From: a virus
Strand: one strand, 5' to 3'
DNA: 42,140 bases
Virus record (IMG/VR): IMGVR_UViG_3300008221_000005
Coordinates: 1-42,140 of that record
The first letter of the stretch is position 1. Each line of letters opens with the position of its first letter. Below, piece by piece: positions 1-7,354 of the stretch. The position numbers were made by a program, and so were the translations under genes. Below the pieces are notes generated by a model. The model was not told the origin of the DNA. It saw only the letters and a program-made list of their open reading frames with translations, and searched no databases.

Positions 1-28
1 GCGGGTTCAATTCCCGCCGCCTCCACCA
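1..28 (+). repeat. att core copy = 3' end of a tmRNA/tRNA-type gene (T-arm, acceptor 3' strand, ACCA)
   Basis: GCGGG-TTCAATT-CCCGC T-arm, CGCCTCC acceptor strand, discriminator A, CCA. Identical to 42113-42140. Confidence 0.8.
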
Positions 29-121
29 TGCACTATCCATTCCCACTGTTATAAATCAATCACTTACAAGCCTGTCTTCACAATTCAATTGTGGCGTATA
101 GGTGTCGTATGGTCTAAAAGT

Positions 122-140
122 GTGACAAAAAACGTGACAA
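122..140 (+). promoter_or_regulatory. Putative integrase arm-type sites (2x GTGACAA, 12 bp apart)
   Basis: GTGACAA at 122-128 and 134-140. The same heptamer pair in the same orientation occurs next to the other att copy (42060-42077). Confidence 0.4.
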
Positions 141-236
141 ATTGGTTAATAAATATACAGGGGTCCATAGGAATTCCAAGGGACCTCGATTTAAACAATC
201 GCCCGACATCTATTGGGCAAGAATAGGAGAAATACC

Positions 237-425
237 ATGAATACATACGAAGTTGAAATGAGTTCTAAGCCAGGAATGTGGGAATTCTACGATGGCACTG
301 TAACTGTTCAAGCGCGTAACGATATTGAAGCAGAACAAATAGCAATTAGAAAATTAGCGACAGGCGCTTTTAAAGATAGAGGATATTGCGCTTGGCGAGT
401 GCATGGCGTCAAGAGAGTTAACTAA
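237..425 (+). CDS. Hypothetical protein (62 aa)
   Basis: AGGAGA about 7 nt upstream of ATG 237 (track ORF opens at TTG 213). No recognisable motif. Confidence 0.5.
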   Translation: MNTYEVEMSSKPGMWEFYDGTVTVQARNDIEAEQIAIRKLATGAFKDRGYCAWRVHGVKRVN

Positions 426-450
426 CCCCATACGCAGAGAGGATTGAGAT

Positions 451-609
451 ATGTGGATTAAAAAATTCTTTAGCATGGAATCTGCAACAGGAAAGTTTTG
501 TAGGTTGATGCAGGAAGCAGCACAAGAGCGCCGCCGACAAAGACATATTTGTTATTACGGCAAAGAATCAAAAGCAGGTAGCGTATATAACCACCCCTCA
601 CACAGTTAA
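451..609 (+). CDS. Hypothetical small basic protein (52 aa)
   Basis: ORF below the track cutoff read from sequence (MWIKKFFSME...). GAGG upstream of the ATG. Fills the gap between neighbours. Confidence 0.35.
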   Translation: MWIKKFFSMESATGKFCRLMQEAAQERRRQRHICYYGKESKAGSVYNHPSHS

Positions 610-621
610 CTATAGGAGTAG

Positions 622-909
622 ATGATGGAAATACAAGCACTACCGCCATATGTTAGCCCTGAACATAAAGAGGTAATTAAAAACGGTGAAATCGCTTTGA
701 AGAATTATGAGGATTTTTTAGCGGGGCAGTTGAGGAAACATTACAATTTGAATAATGAAGGCTGCATAAAGGCATCTGATGAAGATATTTATAATGCTCA
801 CCGGGATTTTAAATATGATCCAATTAGAAAGAAGATGATTGATCAAATATCTATCTTAAAACTTATGTATGAGCGGCCTAGACTTCTTGTTAATAACCCC
901 ATCGTTTAA
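622..909 (+). CDS. Hypothetical protein (95 aa)
   Basis: AGGAG just upstream of the ATG. No motif recognised. Confidence 0.55.
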   Translation: MMEIQALPPYVSPEHKEVIKNGEIALKNYEDFLAGQLRKHYNLNNEGCIKASDEDIYNAHRDFKYDPIRKKMIDQISILKLMYERPRLLVNNPIV

Positions 910-921
910 TGAGGTAGAGAT

Positions 922-1134
922 ATGAACAAGTTTGAAGATAGTTTGAGAGATGTTATATCAATAGCTATGACAGATGGATTCAGAGACAACATCGATGAAA
1001 AGCCTCATATAGACAATTTAAGAGATTTATTGAAAGAGCATATAGAATTGAAACACAAGAAACTAAATGAAAATGAATATTTTGCTTATTACGTTATTAC
1101 TGAAGATTTTGAGGAGTTTCTAAATGACAAGTGA
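922..1134 (+). CDS. Hypothetical acidic protein (70 aa)
   Basis: GAGG upstream. Tightly packed with its neighbours. Confidence 0.5.
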   Translation: MNKFEDSLRDVISIAMTDGFRDNIDEKPHIDNLRDLLKEHIELKHKKLNENEYFAYYVITEDFEEFLNDK

Positions 1135-1300
1135 TGAGATAGATGAACAGGCGATTGAGATATTAGAAAGGGAATTTCATTGGCACAGAATGAACGTTCA
1201 AACTCACATGATTACATCAGAAGAAATGGATCAAAGAGCTAAACACATCTGGAACCAGCTCAAAGCCTTAGATAAACCAGAAGGGGTTAGTGATGAGTGA
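1124..1300 (+). CDS. Hypothetical protein (58 aa)
   Basis: ORF read from sequence (MTSDEIDEQAIEILEREFHW...). Overlaps both neighbours by 11 nt, consistent with coupling. Confidence 0.4.
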   Translation: MTSDEIDEQAIEILEREFHWHRMNVQTHMITSEEMDQRAKHIWNQLKALDKPEGVSDE

Positions 1301-1679
1301 TATAGATAAGATGAAAGAGTTGTTGTATGAATTTGGTTATGAGAGTTGGAACTGCGGGCTGCAAAAAATTGAATATAATCCTGCCGAGGATATACCTATA
1401 TTAGCCAAAGAAATAGCCGATCTACAGAATGGGTGGATTAGTGTTGAGTCTGCACCTAAAGATGGGTCAAAATTTATCGGGTTGTATCCGAATAGAAAAG
1501 TTTTTACGACTTGGTGGCAAGCTTATAATAATTATACTAAAAATAAAGATGGAGGGCATTCTGTGTCTAGCCATCGTCATGAGTGGACATACGACGAAGG
1601 CGATTCAATAGTCCCTTCTAGGAAATTAATTGCATGGCAACCACTACCAGAACCGCCAACTAAACCTCAAACGTCTTGA
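1290..1679 (+). CDS. Hypothetical phage protein, DUF551-like
   Basis: GWISVESAPKDGSKFIG segment resembles the W-I-S-V...P core of DUF551-type phage proteins. Start is GTG 1290 or ATG 1293. Confidence 0.5.
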   Translation: MMSDIDKMKELLYEFGYESWNCGLQKIEYNPAEDIPILAKEIADLQNGWISVESAPKDGSKFIGLYPNRKVFTTWWQAYNNYTKNKDGGHSVSSHRHEWTYDEGDSIVPSRKLIAWQPLPEPPTKPQTS

Positions 1680-1884
1680 TCGTCTTAATACATACTTTAG
1701 GAATACCAAGAACTGGCTCGTATGTGTCTGCTGTGTGATTGAAGTAGAAAGCAAGGTGGATATATTCGTCATCTTCTTTGACGACAAGACCACCATTTAG
1801 AATAGGATCAATAGCCATATCGTCATCTGCTTTACGTCGTTTGAACTCAGATGAATCAACCCATTCAATAAATGCTATTTTCAT
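1660..1884 (-). CDS. Hypothetical protein (74-78 aa)
   Basis: Balanced composition. ATG 1884 abuts the divergent HNH start (CATATG). Track start is 1896. Confidence 0.35.
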   Translation of the reverse strand: MKIAFIEWVDSSEFKRRKADDDMAIDPILNGGLVVKEDDEYIHLAFYFNHTADTYEPVLGIPKVCIKTIKTFEV

Positions 1885-2370
1885 ATGATTACTCAAAAAG
1901 AACTGAAAGAATTATTACATTACGATCCTGAAACAGGGATTTTTACTTGGAAAGCCACGCTTACAGGTACAGCTAAAAAAGGCGGAATTGCTGGGCACCA
2001 ACATAAATCAGGGTACATAAAAATAATGATTAGAGGTAAATATTATTACGCTCATAGGCTGGCGTGGTTATATATAAACGCTAAATTTCCAGAGAAATAT
2101 ATTGACCATATCAATCAAACTAAAAATGATAACCGTATCGATAATTTAAGAGAGGCTACAAATTCCCAGAACCAGATGAATATATCTAAGCACCCAAGGA
2201 ATACGAGCGGAGTTAGAGGCGTTTGTTACAATAAACAGACCGTTCAATGGAAAGTACAAATGAGAGTTAATGGGAAAGATGTATTTTTAGGTTATTACGA
2301 TTATTTGATCCAAGCAAAAAATGTACGGCTGGAGGCAGAGAAATATTACTTTGGTGAGTTTGCTAACTAA
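1885..2370 (+). CDS. HNH homing-type endonuclease with AP2-like DNA-binding domain
   Basis: DHINQTKNDNRIDNLREATNSQNQMN (HNH_3-type motif), followed by SGVRGVCYNKQTVQWKVQMRVNGKDVFLGYY (AP2-like). Confidence 0.8.
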   Translation: MITQKELKELLHYDPETGIFTWKATLTGTAKKGGIAGHQHKSGYIKIMIRGKYYYAHRLAWLYINAKFPEKYIDHINQTKNDNRIDNLREATNSQNQMNISKHPRNTSGVRGVCYNKQTVQWKVQMRVNGKDVFLGYYDYLIQAKNVRLEAEKYYFGEFAN

Positions 2371-3178
2371 TCCATCCATCTGTACGCCCATATTTTTTCT
2401 TCAGGAATGGCTTAATGTCCATCTTCTCATATTTGCGGCAAAGGTAATTTAATGACACCGGCATGATGTCATAACTACCATCTTTGACTTCATGTTTATA
2501 AACTATCCCTTTCCAATGGTCTTTGTGCTGCGGGCCAATATAATCGTGATCATATAGATAGCAAGCACCTGCAACTAATCCTTGTATTGTTGTGCCGTTA
2601 ATCAACTCTCTATTGCCGTACATTAAAACCTGTTGATGACCTTGGGTAAAACTAAACCCAATATTTTTCATGCGTGTGGTAATACTCTCTCCACTGTACG
2701 CTTTAGAGCTGCCATGAGGATAAAAATAATGACAATAACCGACGCCATCAATATAAACAGGCTTGAGAAAATCGTGAACGTGATCGTACCAATCGTTATA
2801 TTCGAGGTCTTCAATACCAAAGAGTCCTTCAAACTCCGCGCTATTTTCAATCGCTCGTAATATGCGAGCCTCATGGTTACCCAAAGTAATATGAGTTTCA
2901 CACCTATTCCAATGCTTATCATTGATAAGTTTTTCGAAAAGGATTTCATTTGCTTTCTTAACACACTCAAAATCCTCCTTGACTCTACGACCCTCAAATG
3001 ACTTCTTCCCCTTGTTATAAGAAGATAGAGAAGCCATGTCAGCCATATCCCCAATGTTTACAATCACATCAGGCTTTTTCTCTAGTATGTAAGAGCCAAT
3101 CCAGCGAAGATGATCGTTGGCTGTATTGGGTGTAATTTGCAAATCCGGGATTAGTAAATGTTCCCTAGTTGCTTTCAT
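2363..3178 (-). CDS. Calcineurin-like metallophosphoesterase
   Basis: GDMADM and GNHE metal-binding motifs in canonical order, with later His residues. Last gene of the late strand. Confidence 0.75.
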   Translation of the reverse strand: MKATREHLLIPDLQITPNTANDHLRWIGSYILEKKPDVIVNIGDMADMASLSSYNKGKKSFEGRRVKEDFECVKKANEILFEKLINDKHWNRCETHITLGNHEARILRAIENSAEFEGLFGIEDLEYNDWYDHVHDFLKPVYIDGVGYCHYFYPHGSSKAYSGESITTRMKNIGFSFTQGHQQVLMYGNRELINGTTIQGLVAGACYLYDHDYIGPQHKDHWKGIVYKHEVKDGSYDIMPVSLNYLCRKYEKMDIKPFLKKKYGRTDGWIS

Positions 3179-3214
3179 ATCTACGTCCTGTAAAGTTTAT
3201 AGGGCGTTATGGAG

Positions 3215-3655
3215 TTACCGCACGTTGTCAAAAAACTTCAGCTCTAAGGCGTCTTTATCTTCTGATACGTTTTCATAATGTTTATTTTGGAAATGGTTGA
3301 CTTGAGATTGTATTGCATCAATCTGCTTTTGCTCATACTTTGCTATTAAGTCTTGACGGTCTTTTAGCCAGGCAACATTTCTGTCTATCTTTCCGTCAAG
3401 TGAGTTAGATAAGAGCGTTGCATAGAAGGCAACCGCAGCACCGGACATGGCTAGAGCTGGCAATAATGCACTCCAGTTAGTCTTGTTTACATCGCTTAAT
3501 CGTGAGCTGACAATGCGCATAAACTCACGCAGATCACCGCTTAATGTTTCTACGTTAGATGTAAGACTGTCTAAATGCGCCTCGATCCCTGATACTTTTC
3601 TATCAGTTGTTTTTAGCTCATCGGCAAGCGATGAATACTTGTTGTCAACGTCCAT
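3215..3655 (-). CDS. Membrane protein with a central TM flanked by coiled-coil segments
   Basis: Hydrophobic WSALLPALAMSGAAVAFYATLL between heptad-like charged regions. Lies in the lysis-distal cluster. Confidence 0.5.
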   Translation of the reverse strand: MDVDNKYSSLADELKTTDRKVSGIEAHLDSLTSNVETLSGDLREFMRIVSSRLSDVNKTNWSALLPALAMSGAAVAFYATLLSNSLDGKIDRNVAWLKDRQDLIAKYEQKQIDAIQSQVNHFQNKHYENVSEDKDALELKFFDNVR

Positions 3656-3656
3656 A

Positions 3657-3935
3657 TTATTGTTCTAGTTCTAATGTTTTAATCGTGACTTTACGAGCGT
3701 TGTATTTGCGAATATCCGTAACAACGTTCTCGATAATCGGCCAACTTGTTTTGATATGATGGATGTCTGTAGTAAAGGCATCACAGTTACGTGTTGCCAT
3801 GACGCCATCACGACATGCTTTCAATAACTCTGAATGAGTTTTATTAACATGCCCTACTACATCACATGCCAGCAGCGGCGCCGAGAGCAGCGCCGATAGA
3901 CCAGTAAGCCATATCACGAATGCTACCTTCACCAT
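3657..3935 (-). CDS. Putative lipoprotein (o-spanin-like position)
   Basis: Lipobox LLAC after a hydrophobic leader. GAGGGG SD lies 8 nt before ATG 3935. Starts inside the 3' end of the upstream gene in another frame. Confidence 0.5.
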   Translation of the reverse strand: MVKVAFVIWLTGLSALLSAPLLACDVVGHVNKTHSELLKACRDGVMATRNCDAFTTDIHHIKTSWPIIENVVTDIRKYNARKVTIKTLELEQ

Positions 3936-4131
3936 CTGGTTTCCCCTCATGTTGTTTTAATTCCCGAACATAAGCCGCACCCACCACAACAGGGATAGCA
4001 AACGGGCCAATAAACATACTTAAACCATAGGAAGCGGCAAACCCAATACCTGCATGGGCTGCCTGATCGATAGCTTCATTAGCGTGAACAGGATTTAAAA
4101 GTAAGACTAAAATTAAGAGACTTCTTGCCAT
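3862..4131 (-). CDS. Exported/membrane glycine-zipper protein (89 aa)
   Basis: Signal-like MARSLLILVLLLNPVHA followed by Gly/Ala-rich hydrophobic segments. Confidence 0.5.
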   Translation of the reverse strand: MARSLLILVLLLNPVHANEAIDQAAHAGIGFAASYGLSMFIGPFAIPVVVGAAYVRELKQHEGKPDGEGSIRDMAYWSIGAALGAAAGM

Positions 4132-4373
4132 CGGTTTATCACTCTCATACGATATTCGTTAATACTGGCAGCGACTTCAGCGGGGCTGGGTTCACGAACA
4201 ACATTGCCGTCTTCATCCCGATACTGAGAAAGTACTTGTTTGATTTCTTCTTCGGACAAACCCCATTTATTAACAATGTTGAGTCCCGCTGCAATCAGCG
4301 TTAACCCTTTTGCAACATCGTCGCCATATTCGTTAACCAAACCGGCTACGGTTAATACGCTTGATAAGCTCAT
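4113..4373 (-). CDS. Hypothetical protein (86 aa)
   Basis: ATGA-type junction with the upstream gene. No motif recognised. Confidence 0.5.
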   Translation of the reverse strand: MSLSSVLTVAGLVNEYGDDVAKGLTLIAAGLNIVNKWGLSEEEIKQVLSQYRDEDGNVVREPSPAEVAASINEYRMRVINRWQEVS

Positions 4374-4828
4374 TATTTAAACTCCTGTCGATATTTAGAA
4401 GGCAACGCTTCAACAATGGCGATAAAAATCCCCTGTGCTAATTCAACCTTGTTATAGCCTTGCTGTAAGGCATCGCCGATTTCACCACCAATCACATTAC
4501 ATCGAGTGGTATCCTGAACATCGGGGTTAGAACAACGGTCTTCCTGTTCCTGTTTTAGCTCGTAGTATTTCGCGTAACCCTGATTAGAGGCTTCCAGTAG
4601 ATCGAATCCTTCCAACACCTTTAAATGCAGGTCTTGTGCTCTGCCTTCAGTAATCACGCCTTGGTTCATAAGATCAAACACAATTGAATCCGCTAAATCC
4701 AACTTAGCTGCTGAGACAATTAACGCCTCACCAACATTCTCAGGTTTTGTAGCGCATCCGGTGACTGCAAAGGCAATCGCCAGGAATAAAAACCCTAACT
4801 GCTTCTTAATGCTTAACTGCTTAATCAT
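4373..4828 (-). CDS. Putative lipoprotein (151 aa)
   Basis: Leader LGFLFLAIAFAVTGC with a lipobox. Confidence 0.6.
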   Translation of the reverse strand: MIKQLSIKKQLGFLFLAIAFAVTGCATKPENVGEALIVSAAKLDLADSIVFDLMNQGVITEGRAQDLHLKVLEGFDLLEASNQGYAKYYELKQEQEDRCSNPDVQDTTRCNVIGGEIGDALQQGYNKVELAQGIFIAIVEALPSKYRQEFK

Positions 4829-5109
4829 TTACTTTTCTCCAATGTTTCAATAAGTATTCGCTTATCTGTATCCGGTAACTTGCTTGTATCGATTTTGATA
4901 ATATTAGGGTTGCCGAATGTTAGTTTTGCACTGGCAGATAACCGGCCATAAAACGCTATAACCAATCCACCTATCTGCATTAAAATAGTAAGAAAAATAT
5001 CCAGATCAGTTTCAGTAACAGCGATATCGCCATTAGCGAATGCAGCACCTAATGCACTGATTAGAATTCCCCAAATACCTTTGCTTTGTAAAAAGTTCTT
5101 AGTGTCCAT
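4825..5109 (-). CDS. Putative holin (two TM segments)
   Basis: 94 aa, two hydrophobic helices and a charged C-terminus. Sits immediately downstream of the endolysin. Confidence 0.5.
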   Translation of the reverse strand: MDTKNFLQSKGIWGILISALGAAFANGDIAVTETDLDIFLTILMQIGGLVIAFYGRLSASAKLTFGNPNIIKIDTSKLPDTDKRILIETLEKSK

Positions 5110-5111
5110 TT

Positions 5112-5606
5112 CTATCTCCTGTCCTCGTATGCTCGTCTTAACCAGCCTTTCTCAAACTTCTGGTTTTCTTTTCTTGCGTAAATAAATAACCGATACAATC
5201 CCGCTGCTTCACTTTTCATCGCAGATATCAGTTGTTTGGAATTACAGCTATTGGCTGCCATGATGGTGTGAGGGCCGATTAATCCGTCATCTTTTGTATA
5301 CTGACCACAGGCACGACACGCTCTCTGTAGTAACTTGTGGCCGTTCTTAGCGCCCATGTTGATTGAGTGGTCAAATGTCTTAATTGCTACTTCCTCACAC
5401 TGCAATCGGTCGTAGTTGTACGCCATCCACCAATCTCTTAAATAAATGGCTTTTGCGTCTTCTAGTGTTATCGAGGCGATGTCTAAGTGAGGATAAGTCC
5501 GTTTACTAATACCAAACTTAGTCTCTCCCCCTAAATCGGAAGAATCGTTTACGTAGCCGCCCTCTAGCCCAATGATTTTTTCGAAGGCTTTTTCAAACGT
5601 GCTCAT
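5112..5606 (-). CDS. Endolysin, glycoside hydrolase family 108-type with C-terminal peptidoglycan-binding region
   Basis: LEGGYVNDSSDLGGETKFGISKRTYP is the GH108 EGGY...D.GG.T..GI signature. DGLIGPHT lies in the C-terminal half. Confidence 0.8.
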   Translation of the reverse strand: MSTFEKAFEKIIGLEGGYVNDSSDLGGETKFGISKRTYPHLDIASITLEDAKAIYLRDWWMAYNYDRLQCEEVAIKTFDHSINMGAKNGHKLLQRACRACGQYTKDDGLIGPHTIMAANSCNSKQLISAMKSEAAGLYRLFIYARKENQKFEKGWLRRAYEDRR

Positions 5607-6844
5607 TAGTATTTAATGATCCTGTATGTGCCCATATTGACTGAGCGGGTTTCATTACCACCGGTCGAGCCTACAGAAGCTGCTCCTATAGGAATGGTAG
5701 TACCACCAGATGCGCTAACTACTCCAGAGGTGCTGCCAACAACTCCTGAATGTGTGTGCGCTTGAAGTTCGTCTTCCTGTCTTGTACCCGCGTTATCACC
5801 ACTCGTGCCATCACCGCGATCTGCACGACTTGATGCATCTGGGTCTAAATATTGAGTGATTGTGTGTGTGCCTGAACCTGCGCCAGTAATATTGATTTGC
5901 GTTCCAGCTAACGCATTTGCGTAAGATGTCGCTAACTGAATTTCATCTGCATCAACATAAATTGTGTAATAAGTAGTACTTGCAGAAAGTCCTGTTGGGA
6001 GCGTTGTGGTTGAACTAACCCTGACAGGAATACCATTACGATAATATCTGTGATTAGAAGCTGTCGTTAGTTCGTCTGTTCCAGCATCAGCAGTAAATTC
6101 AAGATCAGGGATGTCCACAGTGTAACGAGAAAACATGCCACGCCAATCAGGGAGATTAAATGTTGTTGATCCGTCGCCGTCACCATATTCCGAGCCAATT
6201 AGGGAAAACAATGTCGCGTATGTAGTTCTTGATACTAGCTGACCATTACACAGAAGAAATCCTGATGGTTCAGTTGAACTAGGGTAGTCAAACATCGCAC
6301 CCGCAGGAATAATGCCTGTTACGGCCCCAGTAAAAGTTTTATCGCCAGTAATCGTTTGCGCGGAAGATAAATCAACCCCACCATCTTTTAATGAAATATA
6401 ATTCCCCGACGCGGAAACAATAAATTCCAAAGCACCTTTTACCGGAATAGATACAGACCCGTTAGTTGTCCCATCTAACGCATCACCAGAATTTGCCAGA
6501 TCAACAGTAATTGCAGACGAATGAGAGTTGTATACATATACCCTGTAACCAGTTGACACAGAGGCGACAGAGATTAGAGATATCGTTACACCAGCCGTTA
6601 CATTGAGTACTTTGTTATAATCACCGGCAACTGTGGTGTAATTGGTTGACTTTGCATCTGGCCCCTGATTAAAATGACTAGTAAGAGCGGTTTGCAGGGA
6701 GTCGACCTGATCTGCAATAGGGTCAGATAGTTTTGTTTTATGCTTAGACCAGTTAACCTGGTTAGACGCAGCTACCGTTCCATCGTCAGCCGGAGGGCTG
6801 GCATTGTAACCTGATCTTGATACTGTGCTGAATTTAGTGCCCAT
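5606..6844 (-). CDS. Tail fibre protein with phage tail-collar domain
   Basis: FLLCNGQLVSRTTYATLFSLIGSEYGDGDGSTTFNLPDWRGMF matches the tail-collar consensus. Confidence 0.75.
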   Translation of the reverse strand: MGTKFSTVSRSGYNASPPADDGTVAASNQVNWSKHKTKLSDPIADQVDSLQTALTSHFNQGPDAKSTNYTTVAGDYNKVLNVTAGVTISLISVASVSTGYRVYVYNSHSSAITVDLANSGDALDGTTNGSVSIPVKGALEFIVSASGNYISLKDGGVDLSSAQTITGDKTFTGAVTGIIPAGAMFDYPSSTEPSGFLLCNGQLVSRTTYATLFSLIGSEYGDGDGSTTFNLPDWRGMFSRYTVDIPDLEFTADAGTDELTTASNHRYYRNGIPVRVSSTTTLPTGLSASTTYYTIYVDADEIQLATSYANALAGTQINITGAGSGTHTITQYLDPDASSRADRGDGTSGDNAGTRQEDELQAHTHSGVVGSTSGVVSASGGTTIPIGAASVGSTGGNETRSVNMGTYRIIKY

Positions 6845-6859
6845 TAACTATCCTTGTTT

Positions 6860-7354
6860 ATGAGAAATCTATTAATACTTGTTTTGTTCGTATATGGATG
6901 CGCCACCCCATACTCAGATAAAGGGTTGATGGGTGGTTATGATGATTTGCAACTAGCGGAAAATGTTTTTCAGATACGATTTAAAGGCAACGCATATACC
7001 AGTAAAGAAAAAGCTGCTGACTACACGCTATTAAGAAGCGCGGAATTAGCTAAAGAAAACGGGTTTGGTTACTTTATAATTACCGAGAGAGACTCTTGGA
7101 ATAAGATTTACAAACATCAGGAACCAGACAAATCAGAAACATCAGGCTCCGTACGTGTTATGAACAAAAATTCAGCAACGTATAAAGAAACTACAGTTAC
7201 CGAAAGAGGTAGCTCTCTTACGTTCCTCAAGCCAAGAACAGAAAATACAATTGTCTGCTTTAAAGAAAGACCTGATTCATTAGGGTCGTTTTATGATGTA
7301 AACTTTATTATCCCGCAACTAAAATCAAAGTACGGGATCACTTCTCAAGAGTAA
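6860..7354 (+). CDS. Lipoprotein encoded on the opposite strand inside the tail module (moron)
   Basis: MRNLLILVLFVYGC lipobox leader. Fills a gap in - strand coding of about 490 nt. Track ORF opens at TTG 6854. Confidence 0.65.
   Translation: MRNLLILVLFVYGCATPYSDKGLMGGYDDLQLAENVFQIRFKGNAYTSKEKAADYTLLRSAELAKENGFGYFIITERDSWNKIYKHQEPDKSETSGSVRVMNKNSATYKETTVTERGSSLTFLKPRTENTIVCFKERPDSLGSFYDVNFIIPQLKSKYGITSQE

Noticed and set aside
161-186. GGTCC...GGACC stem as a sib-like retroregulator or terminator
   Set aside because: It has only 5-7 bp with a 14-nt loop and no U-run. It is mentioned only as context in the left-end finding.
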